Shown in pieces: positions 18,765 to 28,031 of a stretch of DNA of 64,000 nt. Both the position numbers and the translations under genes were made by a program. Numbering within the stretch: the stretch's first letter is position 1; each line of letters opens with the position of its first letter. Location: NCBI GenBank assembly GCA_049663345.1, contig JBATDG010000075.1:11793-75792 (forward strand), given 5' to 3'. The notes beneath the pieces were generated by a model, which was not told the DNA's origin, searched no databases, and worked only from the letters and a program-made list of their open reading frames with translations. The DNA is from Bacteroidota bacterium (lineage in GTDB: Bacteria; Bacteroidota; Ignavibacteria; SZUA-365).

Positions 18765-18810
18765 GAATTAGGAATTACGAATTACGAATTAGGAATTACG
18801 AATTACGACG
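18765..18810. repeat. 9-bp-unit tandem repeat (GAATTAGGA / GAATTACGA)
   Basis: gaattaggaattacgaattacgaattaggaattacgaattacgacg lies 6 nt after the ftsA stop. A second copy sits at 58045-58079. Confidence 0.85.
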
Positions 18811-18913
18811 TAAATAACACGTCCCCGGAAACGGACGATTATATACAGCGAATGCAAAATGAAAAACAGTGAATTACATGCAAACACATCACCCACACAC
18901 TGAGGAGGGCCTT

Positions 18914-20101
18914 ATGGCTATCGTATACGACAACAGCACAGACAGCCGGGCGAAGATCCGGGTCGTCGGTGTCGGCGGCGGAGGCGGCAACGCGGTGGAA
19001 GACATGATCAACCGAGGAATTGATAATGTCGAGTTCATCACAGTCAACACTGACGCACAGGCACTCGATCGAAGCGGTGCCACGTACAAAATCCAGGCAG
19101 GGAAGAATTTGACGCGCGGTCTCGGCGCCGGCGCGGATCCATCAGTTGGATACCGTGCGGTCGAGGAAGACAAGGAAGAGCTGGCCACAGTGCTCGCAGG
19201 CAGCGACATGGTATTTGTGACCGCCGGCATGGGCGGTGGTACCGGTACGGGCGGTGGACCCGTCGTCGCGAATCTCGCCAAGGGCACCGGAGCGTTGGTC
19301 GTCGGCATTGTCACGAAGCCGTTCCATTTCGAAGGCAAGCGCCGCATGGCACAGGCTGAGGAAGGCATCGAAGAACTGCGTAAGCACGTTGACACCCTCA
19401 TCGTGATTCCCAACCAAAAGCTGTTGTCGTTGGTGGACAAAGGTACGCCTTTGTCCGAGGCCTTCATGCTCGCAAACGAAGTACTATATAACGCCACACG
19501 CGGAATTGCGGAGATCATCGCAGTGCCGGGTTTGGTGAACGTCGATTTTGCTGATGTCCGCACGATCATGCGCGACATGGGCGACGCCTTGATGGGCAGC
19601 GGTGTAGCCGAAGGCGAAAACCGCTCTGTCGAAGCAGCGCACAACGCGATCTCGAGTCCTCTGCTTGATGGCATCTCGATCGCCGGAGCGCAGGGCGTGC
19701 TCGTCAACATCACGGGCGGATCGGATCTCTCGCTAGCCGAAATCGACGAAGCGGTTTCCATCATCACCGAAGCCGCTGGCGAAGACGCCAACGTCATCTT
19801 CGGTTCCGTGATCGATCCCACACTCGAAGGCAAGTTGGTGGTCACCGTAATCGCCACGGGCTTCAATCGCGCAAGGGGACGCGGGGCCAACCGTCCTGCC
19901 GCACCGCAGCAGCGTCAGCAGGCTCGCGCCTCGCACATCCCGACCGGCATCCACGAAATCCGCGAGCTCGACGAGCCCACCTTCATTCGCAAGGGCCTCA
20001 CGCTCGCCTCCACTCAGGACATGGACGAAGACACGACCGGTCAGCGCATCGAGAAATCGAATCCCGACCGCCCGGCTTTCCTCCGGAAGATAATGGACTA
20101 G
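18914..20101 (+). CDS. ftsZ: cell division GTPase FtsZ
   Basis: GVGGGGGNAV tubulin signature and GMGGGTGTG T7 loop. Start moved to ATG 18914 behind GGAGGG. Confidence 0.92.
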   Translation: MAIVYDNSTDSRAKIRVVGVGGGGGNAVEDMINRGIDNVEFITVNTDAQALDRSGATYKIQAGKNLTRGLGAGADPSVGYRAVEEDKEELATVLAGSDMVFVTAGMGGGTGTGGGPVVANLAKGTGALVVGIVTKPFHFEGKRRMAQAEEGIEELRKHVDTLIVIPNQKLLSLVDKGTPLSEAFMLANEVLYNATRGIAEIIAVPGLVNVDFADVRTIMRDMGDALMGSGVAEGENRSVEAAHNAISSPLLDGISIAGAQGVLVNITGGSDLSLAEIDEAVSIITEAAGEDANVIFGSVIDPTLEGKLVVTVIATGFNRARGRGANRPAAPQQRQQARASHIPTGIHEIRELDEPTFIRKGLTLASTQDMDEDTTGQRIEKSNPDRPAFLRKIMD

Positions 20102-20200
20102 CGAGCGGCTTCGCCGCTCGCGATGTAGGACGTTGGATGTAGGACTTCGGAGACGCAATATCCGAGGTATCCAACATCCTACATCCTACATCAGTAGGCA
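20102..20200. terminator. GC-rich hairpin (gcgagcggcttcgccgctcgc) plus long imperfect palindrome immediately after ftsZ
   Basis: Stem gcgagcgg/ccgctcgc begins 1 nt after the ftsZ stop. Next comes gatgtaggacgttggatgtagga...tccaacatcctacatcctacatc. No T-tract is present. Confidence 0.45.
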
Positions 20201-20383
20201 GTAAGCCTTCGCCCTGAAAGGGCGGACCATTGCAGCCCAGGGCGTTAGCCCTGGGTTAGCGGTGCGGCCTTAATAAATCCCCTTCGCCCTGAAAGTCGGA
20301 GGTCCAAAGGACCGAAGACTCGCCCGAGGCGAGGGCGAAACACGATTCTCTCCTCCCAATCTCTCCCTTACTCAGCCAACGCA

Positions 20384-20416
20384 CAGCGCCCAGGATCCCC
20401 TCCTGGGCGCTGTGAT
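20384..20416. repeat. REP-like hairpin, family AACGCACAGCGCCC-loop-GGGCGCTGTG (copy 1)
   Basis: caacgcacagcgcccaggatcccctcctgggcgctgtg. Related copies lie at 27166-27205, 30068-30118 (inverted) and 31511-31557. Confidence 0.7.
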
Positions 20417-20771
20417 ATTTTAGGGGAACGGGAAGACTCGCTTGGAAAACATTCGCTGCTGACATTTCTAATGAGTTTTTACACTGAAATTTTCGCTGAG
20501 TCATTCCACCATCGTTTGAAGGATATTCCTCATCGTGAAAAACAATGTCGTCGGTCAGGGTATCCTCCGCAGTGACGGCGGTTTCAAGGCGACCGGCCTT
20601 TGCGTACGCAACCTTGGATCAAATACATGGATACGGAATATCATATCCCAAACCCAGTATTGGTTGCGCACCATTGGCGTGGAGCGGCAGGAATTTCAGT
20701 TTCCAGTTTGACTATCCCATCGTATCCACGGACTGGAAGTGCGGTGGTATCCCGCCTACGAATAGCTTCCC

Positions 20772-22811
20772 TCACTCCTTCATCATCAATCCCGCGGCGA
20801 TGATCTGTTCGTGTTCCGCTACGGTGAAATAATAGATGCCCCGCGGCAGCTGCCCAGTGCGCAGCGTGAAGGTGACGCCGCAAAGATCGCGCTGGTCCAT
20901 CACGACGCCTCCGCGGAAATTATATAGCAGAAGCGTACCGTGACGCACTGGACTGTGCAGCGTGATTGTCGCCGCAGCGCGGCAGGGATTCGGATGCACA
21001 GTGCTTCGGACGGATGGGACGGCGAGGCTACGCACAGCACTGGGACCTGTGTATTCGTACGGACCGATGTCAGGAGCGGCTCCGGAAAACACCGGATTGC
21101 CGTCGAGGTCGTGCGTGATGTCGGGAACGCGTATGCCCGCGTCGATGCAGGGAGAAGACGCCAGGAGATGATAATCGCCGCCGATGTAATCGATGAAGAG
21201 CGGATCTGATTGCAGGTTGCCGGTAAGCACGTTTCCATGGCGTCCGTCCATGCGATTGAAATCCGTGACGCTCATCGCCGTACCGTAGTATTTCACGGCC
21301 GATGATTCCGGAGCGCGCGGACTGAACATGCAATTATTCTGCACTGTATTCCCGAAGACCTCCAGCGTGTCGCGCAGCAGGACGGCGATGCCGGAATCGG
21401 CCGCGCGGGCCGTGGCATAGCCCGCGTCGAAGATCAGATTATTCCGCACGAGATTGTTCCGCACTTTGTGCGGGAATCCATGCGACCAGAGGGCCACCGC
21501 CGCTTCGGAGGTGCGGAGAAACAGATTATTTTCGATGCGGTTGTCATGGCAGACAAGGTGCAGGCCGTACACTGATAACACAACGCCTTGTCCAGACCCA
21601 TCGGTGCTGAAATACTTCGCGGGCGACGTGGTCATTCCATCGAAAATGTTGTTGTGCACCCAATTATCATTGCCGTTGATCTGGCTCCGCACCGTATGGT
21701 CCTTCATCACGTTGTTACGGAACTCGTTGTGATGACATTTCCCCTCCGCGCCATCGGTAGCGAAGGGTCGCGCGTACGAGATATTCGATCCTGTGAATGT
21801 GTTGTCATGGAAGACATTCGCGTACACACCGCTGCGGGTGCTGTCGGGCGCGTAGCAATTGATCGCGACGTGTCCCCATCCGGTGAAGCTGCAGTGCCGC
21901 ACGATGCAATTGCTGACCGCATCGCCGAAGTGAATTCCGTCTTCGCTTCCCCGTTTGGTCGCGTCGACGGTGCCTGATGGTCCGAGAGAACTCAACCCGT
22001 AACGGAAGCGCAATCCTGAATCGAACGTGCAGCGCTCTATGAGCACGTCATGCGCCGAGGCAGACGTATCGGCACTCGTGAGTGTGAGTCCCGAACGCCC
22101 GTATCCGATGCAGCAATCGCGGAAGGTGATGAAGGAGCAGGCTCCGCCGTAAATAGTGGACCAACGCCCACCCCGGAAATCGATGCCGTCGAAAATAATA
22201 TATGCGCTCCTGTACAGGGCCATGACACCCGCGGGACGGTTGCCTTCGACGGATCGGTAGACATGCGCGGGATTCTGCGCGGCATAGAGAAAAAGCAATG
22301 AATCCGCAGTGCTGTAATACCACGATTCGAAACTGCCTTCGCTGTTCGTTGTTCCGACGTCCTCCGCGATCGCGGCGCGCAGCACCTCGACGCCATCGAG
22401 CCACAGCCTGTTGGGTGTCTCGGGGCATCGCATACTCCAGATGTTCCCGGAGCGGCGAATCCAGTTGAGCGAATCACCCGATCCATCCAATAGTGTGATG
22501 TCGCTTATGACAGGCCGGCTGCCCACTCCATAGGCAGCGACGATGATAGGTTGTTCGGCCGTGCCGCTTTCGGTGAAGGAAAGCAGCACACCATCCTTCC
22601 AGATGTCGCCGCGCTTGAAGAGCAGCGAATCCCCTGGCACCAGCCCCGCTGCGTTTACCCGCGCGATGGATTTCCATGGCGTGTGGTCGGCAAGGCCGTC
22701 GTTCGCGTCACTCCCCATCGAGGAGCTGACGTAGTACGTCGCGGGAAGGACGGGCGCCGCCCCGACGATGAGGAGCAGCAGGCTAAGGGACAAACACGGT
22801 GTGAATTTCAC
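20772..22811 (-). CDS. secreted right-handed beta-helix (pectate-lyase-fold) protein with T9SS C-terminal sorting domain
   Basis: Signal peptide MKFTPCLSLSLLLLIVGAAP. Repeated NxxFxG/HNN motifs (NNIFDG, RNNLIFDAGY, HDNTFTG). C-terminus ...VHPNPCRAAATITLH...GIYYFTV resembles a Por_Secre_tail domain. Confidence 0.7.
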   Translation of the reverse strand: MKFTPCLSLSLLLLIVGAAPVLPATYYVSSSMGSDANDGLADHTPWKSIARVNAAGLVPGDSLLFKRGDIWKDGVLLSFTESGTAEQPIIVAAYGVGSRPVISDITLLDGSGDSLNWIRRSGNIWSMRCPETPNRLWLDGVEVLRAAIAEDVGTTNSEGSFESWYYSTADSLLFLYAAQNPAHVYRSVEGNRPAGVMALYRSAYIIFDGIDFRGGRWSTIYGGACSFITFRDCCIGYGRSGLTLTSADTSASAHDVLIERCTFDSGLRFRYGLSSLGPSGTVDATKRGSEDGIHFGDAVSNCIVRHCSFTGWGHVAINCYAPDSTRSGVYANVFHDNTFTGSNISYARPFATDGAEGKCHHNEFRNNVMKDHTVRSQINGNDNWVHNNIFDGMTTSPAKYFSTDGSGQGVVLSVYGLHLVCHDNRIENNLFLRTSEAAVALWSHGFPHKVRNNLVRNNLIFDAGYATARAADSGIAVLLRDTLEVFGNTVQNNCMFSPRAPESSAVKYYGTAMSVTDFNRMDGRHGNVLTGNLQSDPLFIDYIGGDYHLLASSPCIDAGIRVPDITHDLDGNPVFSGAAPDIGPYEYTGPSAVRSLAVPSVRSTVHPNPCRAAATITLHSPVRHGTLLLYNFRGGVVMDQRDLCGVTFTLRTGQLPRGIYYFTVAEHEQIIAAGLMMKE

Positions 22812-23010
22812 GATGACAATTCCTCCATTTTGCAGCAGGGGAAATATGCAAAAAAAATTACTTTCCTGTCTTTTTTGCTCTTGCTAGACCGGAGGGAACT
22901 CGCTACTTTGACTGGATTGTGCCCCGAGACGATCACTCGCGATTTTTGGAGAATGTTTTGCGAGGCGTATGATACAACCACGTCGAATAAAGTGTGTACA
23001 CAGTCCGATC

Positions 23011-24042
23011 ATGTGTATGCTCGTCCTGCTTCCCCTCATTTTGCTGGCATCCTGCGGGGAGAGCAATGATAAGGAGCGCGAAGATTCCCGGCCGGTGCTC
23101 GCGGAAGGGTATCTGGTGCAGCCGGAATATCATGTGGTCAGTATACGCGCGACCGGTGATCTGCTCGCCAATGAGGAAGTGGAAATCAAGGCGCCGGTTG
23201 CCGGCAATGTGCGGAAAATATACTTCCGTGAAAGTCAGTTTGTGAACAGGGGTGAATTGCTGGTTGACATCGACAACCGCTCCTGGGTTGCACAGAAAAA
23301 AGGACTCGAAGCTCGCCTGATTTCTGCGGAGGGTGAACTGCGCAGGAAGACGAAGCTGCTCGAGACCCAGGTAATCAGCGAAGAGGAAGTTGAGCAGTCC
23401 GCTGCAGATGTCGGAAGCCTGAAAGCACAGGTGGAAGGACTTGATGTCATGATCGATCTGGCCGCGGTTCGGGCACCGTTCGCGGGACGCCTGGGCATGC
23501 GCAATTTCAGTCCCGGTGCCTACCTCTCGCAGGGGAGCGTCATTACGCGTCTGGTTCAAACCGACAAGGTGAAGGTGAATTTCACCGTACCTGCGAAGTA
23601 TGCCGCTCAGGCAGCCGCCGGACAGGAAGTGAAAGTCATTTCATCGAGCGGCGATACCGCCTCGGCTGAAGTCTATGCCGTCAATGCCAGGATCAGCCAG
23701 TCGTCGAGAAGCCTGCAGATCCGCGCGATAATGAATAAGAAGCACCCGTCGTTTATTCCCGGAGACTTTGTGCAGGTGCTTCTCGTGGTCGAGCGAAAAA
23801 CCGACGCGCTGCTGATCCCGGCGGAATGCATCGTTCCCGAGCTGAAAAAGCAGGTGGTATTTGTCATAAGCGACGGCAAGGCGATGCGGCGGGAGGTTGA
23901 GACAGGGTCGCGCACTTCAGACAGGGTTGAGATCCTCAAGGGACTCTCGCCAGGCGATACTGTGCTCACCACCGGATTGATGGAGGTGAAAGACGGTGAT
24001 CGGATTGAGCTGCAGAAATTGAATGGGTCGGAGGCGCAGTGA
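23011..24042 (+). CDS. RND efflux membrane fusion protein (periplasmic adaptor subunit), lipoprotein
   Basis: Lipobox LLASC. Biotin-lipoyl-like hairpin and coiled-coil segments. Immediately followed by, and overlapping, the RND permease gene. Start moved from 22969 to ATG 23011. Confidence 0.8.
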   Translation: MCMLVLLPLILLASCGESNDKEREDSRPVLAEGYLVQPEYHVVSIRATGDLLANEEVEIKAPVAGNVRKIYFRESQFVNRGELLVDIDNRSWVAQKKGLEARLISAEGELRRKTKLLETQVISEEEVEQSAADVGSLKAQVEGLDVMIDLAAVRAPFAGRLGMRNFSPGAYLSQGSVITRLVQTDKVKVNFTVPAKYAAQAAAGQEVKVISSSGDTASAEVYAVNARISQSSRSLQIRAIMNKKHPSFIPGDFVQVLLVVERKTDALLIPAECIVPELKKQVVFVISDGKAMRREVETGSRTSDRVEILKGLSPGDTVLTTGLMEVKDGDRIELQKLNGSEAQ

Positions 24043-27000
24043 CCCTCTCCGAATTGAGCATTAAGCGTCCGGTGCTGACAATTGTCCTCGCCATCGCCAT
24101 AGTCATATTCGGTGTCGTATCGTTCATATCCCTCGGGGTAAGGGAATATCCGAGCGTGGACCCTCCGATCATCACTGTCAGAACTGATTACACGGGAGCC
24201 AACGCACAGATCATCGAGGCACAGATCACCGAACCCCTCGAAGTGCAGATCAACAGAATCGACGGCATCAAAACGCTGTCCTCGGTCAGCTCCACCGGAC
24301 GCAGCACCATCCGTGTGGAGTTCGAACTTGGAATGGATCTGGACAATGCAGCGAATGATGTAAGGGACAGAGTGTCTCAGGCCGTGCGCTATCTTCCTCC
24401 GGATACTGATCCGCCGATAGTCTCCAAGGCCGATGCCGATGCCCAGACCATCGTGACCATCACCCTGCAGAGCAGAAAGCGGTCCCTGCTCGCGCTTACC
24501 GATATAGCGCAGAACATTTTCGCTGAACGGCTGCAGACCATACCGGGAGTAAGCCAGGTCTCCATCTGGGGCAGCAAGCAATATGCCATGCGGCTGGTGC
24601 TGGACGTCGAACGAATGAATGCACTCAGTGTCAATCCCGTCGATGTGCGAAATGCACTTTCCGAGCAGAATATCGAACTCCCATCGGGACAGATTGAAGG
24701 CGACAGCCGCTATCTGACGATACAGACCTATGGCCGCCTGAATTCAGAGGAAGAATTCAACAACCTCGTCATTGCAGACAGGAACGGGACCATCATCAGG
24801 CTGAAGGATATCGGCCGCGCGGAGCTGGGTGCGTTGAACGAAAAATCCATCATGCGCGGGAACAAGGGCATTCCCATGGTCGGCGTGGCCATACAGCCGC
24901 AGCCGGGTTCGAACTACATTGAGATCGTGGATGAAGTCTACCGCCGTGTGGAAATGCTGAAGAAGGAAATTCCACCCGATGTCATTATTGGTACCGGTCT
25001 CGATATTACAGGCAGCATCCGTAAATCCATCAAGGACGTGCAGTCTACAATCATTGAGGCGTTCATACTGGTCGTCGGCATTATTTTCCTTTTTCTGCGA
25101 AACGTGCGGACAACACTCATCCCGATTATCGCCATCCCGATATCGCTGATCGGCGGCTTCATCTTCCTGTATGCATCCGGATTCTCGATCAATGTCCTTA
25201 CGCTTCTGGGATTGCTGCTTGCCACCGGCATTGTGGTGGATGACGCCATTGTGATGATGGAGAATATTTATTCCAAGATTGAACAGGGAATGAATCCCAT
25301 ACAGGCGGCATTCAAGGGCTCCCGCCAGGTGTTCTTTGCGATCATTTCCACAACGATCACATTGATCTGCGTATTTCTTCCGATATTTTTCATGTTCGGA
25401 CTCACTGGAAGGCTGTTCAGAGAATTCGCCATGGTCGTGGCAGGTGCGATCATCATCTCCATGTTCATATCGCTGACGCTGACCGTAACGATGTGTTCCC
25501 GCATGCTGAAGCCGAACGACAGGGAATACCCCTGGCTGCGGCAGGTCCACAAGCCCATCGATTACATCATCGCCAGATATCCGGCTTGGCTGACTTCATT
25601 CATGAGGGTCCGGCATCTGGCAATCCCGATCGTTATTGCCTCGGCAGTCATCATCGGGGTGCTGATGGTCACGATGCAGACGGAACTGGCTCCCCTCGAT
25701 GACAAGAGTGCCATACGCCTGATGTCGACCGCGCCCGAGGGAACTTCATTTTCGATGATGGACGAGTATCACAGAAAAATCATTCAGCTTGTCGACTCCT
25801 TGCCGGAAAAGGAAAATCTCGTTGCGGTGACTGCGCCGGGCTTCGGCGCCGCCGGTTCTACCAATTCGGGCTTCATACGCATCATGATGAAATCACCCGG
25901 GCAGAGAGACAAGACGCAAATGGATCTGGCGGTGGAGCTGAATCAAAGGTTCAAAGTTTACAGCATGGCGCAGACCTACGCTATCCAGGATCCAACCATC
26001 GCCGGGTCCGGCGGAGGCAGAGCCGGATTGCCTGTACAGTATGTGCTTCAGGCGACCGATTTGAAAAAGCTGGAACGGTATATACCTGAATTCATGCAGG
26101 CGGCGAAAGATAATCCCGCCTTCGATGTTGTCGATATCGATCTTCGCTTTACGAGACCTGAACTGATCATCGACATCGATCGCGACAAGGCCTTCGATCT
26201 GGGCATCAGCGTCAAGGACATTGCCGAAATTCTCCAGACCTATTTCAGTGAACAGAGAATCGGCTACTTCATAAAGGATGGGAAGCAGTATTTCGTGCTC
26301 GCGCTTGCGGAGGAGGCTCAGCGACGCAAGCCGGAGGATATTACCAACATACAGATCAGATCCTCCTCCGGAGAAATGATCTCACTCGGTAATCTGGTGA
26401 CTCTCAAGCATGAGAGCCTCCCTCCGCAGCTGCTTCGCTATAACAGATATTCCTCCGCCACGATATCCGCTTCTCCCGCTCCCGGGTATACCCTGGGCGA
26501 CGGTATTGCCGCCATGGATGAAATAGCGGCCAAGGTTCTGGACGAGACCTTCCTCACATCGCTTGCCGGTACTTCCGCCGATTTCGCTGAAAGTTCATCC
26601 AACCTGCTGCTGGTTTTTCTCTTTGCCCTGGTACTCATTTATCTCACCCTGGCTGCACAGTTCGAAAGTTTCCGGGATCCGCTCACCGTCATGATCACCG
26701 TACCGCTCGCGCTTGCCGGCGCCCTGCTGTCGCTCTGGCTATTCGGACAGACGCTGAACATCTTCAGCGAAATCGGAATTATTGTGCTGGTGGGCATCGT
26801 CACCAAGAACGGAATTCTGATCGTGGAATTTGCCAATCAGAAGCGGCTGGAGGGAGAAGATGTCATGTCCGCGGCGATCAATGCCTCCGTCGACCGCATC
26901 CGTCCAATCCTGATGACGAGCCTGGCCACAGTGCTCGGCGCGGTACCGGTCGCGATTTCATTCGACGGTACGGCGAACAGCCGCGTACCCATGGGCATCG

Positions 27001-27113
27001 TTATCATCGGCGGCCTGTTGTTTTCGCTTGTGCTGACGCTCTTCGTCATTCCCGCATTGTATACATACATCGCGAGAAAGAGTGCACCGGTGACTATTGT
27101 TGAAGAGATGTAG
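24039..27113 (+). CDS. RND multidrug efflux permease (HAE1/AcrB family)
   Basis: 1024 aa with 12 TM helices and two large periplasmic loops. Conserved AcrB motifs (GVAIQPQPGSN, ATGIVVDDAIV). Confidence 0.9.
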   Translation: MTLSELSIKRPVLTIVLAIAIVIFGVVSFISLGVREYPSVDPPIITVRTDYTGANAQIIEAQITEPLEVQINRIDGIKTLSSVSSTGRSTIRVEFELGMDLDNAANDVRDRVSQAVRYLPPDTDPPIVSKADADAQTIVTITLQSRKRSLLALTDIAQNIFAERLQTIPGVSQVSIWGSKQYAMRLVLDVERMNALSVNPVDVRNALSEQNIELPSGQIEGDSRYLTIQTYGRLNSEEEFNNLVIADRNGTIIRLKDIGRAELGALNEKSIMRGNKGIPMVGVAIQPQPGSNYIEIVDEVYRRVEMLKKEIPPDVIIGTGLDITGSIRKSIKDVQSTIIEAFILVVGIIFLFLRNVRTTLIPIIAIPISLIGGFIFLYASGFSINVLTLLGLLLATGIVVDDAIVMMENIYSKIEQGMNPIQAAFKGSRQVFFAIISTTITLICVFLPIFFMFGLTGRLFREFAMVVAGAIIISMFISLTLTVTMCSRMLKPNDREYPWLRQVHKPIDYIIARYPAWLTSFMRVRHLAIPIVIASAVIIGVLMVTMQTELAPLDDKSAIRLMSTAPEGTSFSMMDEYHRKIIQLVDSLPEKENLVAVTAPGFGAAGSTNSGFIRIMMKSPGQRDKTQMDLAVELNQRFKVYSMAQTYAIQDPTIAGSGGGRAGLPVQYVLQATDLKKLERYIPEFMQAAKDNPAFDVVDIDLRFTRPELIIDIDRDKAFDLGISVKDIAEILQTYFSEQRIGYFIKDGKQYFVLALAEEAQRRKPEDITNIQIRSSSGEMISLGNLVTLKHESLPPQLLRYNRYSSATISASPAPGYTLGDGIAAMDEIAAKVLDETFLTSLAGTSADFAESSSNLLLVFLFALVLIYLTLAAQFESFRDPLTVMITVPLALAGALLSLWLFGQTLNIFSEIGIIVLVGIVTKNGILIVEFANQKRLEGEDVMSAAINASVDRIRPILMTSLATVLGAVPVAISFDGTANSRVPMGIVIIGGLLFSLVLTLFVIPALYTYIARKSAPVTIVEEM

Positions 27114-27165
27114 ATAGCTGGCGGCAATTACTTCGCGGACTTCCACTCCGGCTATGAAGAATCAC

Positions 27166-27205
27166 GTACCAACGCACAGCGCCCCAGACGATATCCGGGG
27201 CGCTG
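27166..27205. repeat. REP-like hairpin (copy 2) downstream of the RND permease gene
   Basis: accaacgcacagcgccccagacgatatccggggcgctgtgg. Confidence 0.7.
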
Positions 27206-27230
27206 TGGTATTCGGGATAGCCGTGCAGTT

Positions 27231-28031
27231 CTAATGCCGTATAAGCACCTTCCCGGATTTTCGGCCGCTCTTGTTCTCCGCGACCAGGAAATACAGCCCC
27301 GACGGTACCTCCGCAATTCTCACCCGCATGCTGTGATTACCTGTTTGCAGCATGAGGTCCTGTGCGATGATCATCACTACGCGTCCGGAAATGTCAAAGA
27401 GCCTGAGACTGGTCGCGCTGGCCTCACCAAGCATGAGACGAATCGTGAATGATTCATCAGCCGGAGAGGGGTAGCCCTCCACCGAAAATAAGGGCAGGGG
27501 TTGTTCAAGCAGAACCTCTACTTCGGGAGAGTACTCGTGCTTGCCGTCGAGATCGATTTGCTTGAGCCGGTACCGAAGCCGACGACAAGATGCAGCGAGC
27601 CCTTCGAGAACGTCGGTGAATGCATAGGATTTCGTCCCTGTCGTGCTGCCGCTGCCCGGTGTGAAACCGAGGGTTGACCAGGTACCGCTTTCCGCCTTCC
27701 GCTGTACTTCGAAGCCGTAATTGCGCGTCTCGGTCTCCGTTGTCCACGAGAGGACAACGACGTCATTCTGCAGCGCGGCGGAGAACAACATCAGCTCGAC
27801 GGGAGTCACCGCTGTTCCAGCACAGATGCCTGCAGGATCGGCGAGCGTGAGTGTGCCGTAGCCGGGATTGTTTGCGAAAATGCGGTCAGCGCATATCTGT
27901 GCATTTAAGGGCACGCTTATCGAAGCAGTTGTCGGAATGGCGATGTCGCCCCGCTGCGCGGAAAGCAAAGCGGGGAGGAGCATTCCGATCAGGAGGAAAT
28001 GAAAACCCGGAAGCATGATGCGCGGTTTCAA
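27231..28031 (-). CDS. secreted Fn3-like domain protein with T9SS C-terminal sorting domain
   Basis: Signal peptide MKPRIMLPGFHFLLIGMLLPALLSAQ. Fn3-like segment (VVLSWTTETETRNYGFEVQRK). C-terminus SLRLFDISGRVVMII...GLYFLVAENKSGRKSGKVLIRH is a typical T9SS sorting domain. Its ATG overlaps the stop of the upstream tail-fibre-like gene (ATGA). Confidence 0.65.
   Translation of the reverse strand: MKPRIMLPGFHFLLIGMLLPALLSAQRGDIAIPTTASISVPLNAQICADRIFANNPGYGTLTLADPAGICAGTAVTPVELMLFSAALQNDVVVLSWTTETETRNYGFEVQRKAESGTWSTLGFTPGSGSTTGTKSYAFTDVLEGLAASCRRLRYRLKQIDLDGKHEYSPEVEVLLEQPLPLFSVEGYPSPADESFTIRLMLGEASATSLRLFDISGRVVMIIAQDLMLQTGNHSMRVRIAEVPSGLYFLVAENKSGRKSGKVLIRH

Noticed and set aside
20256-20832. 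Small ORFs in the post-ftsZ structured region and across the 3' end of the beta-helix gene (20256-20504 minus, 20545-20832 plus, 20600-20803 plus)
   Set aside because: They overlap hairpin and REP elements or the conserved C-terminal sorting domain of the minus-strand gene. They lack RBS and show no motif or conservation signal. They are treated as non-coding.
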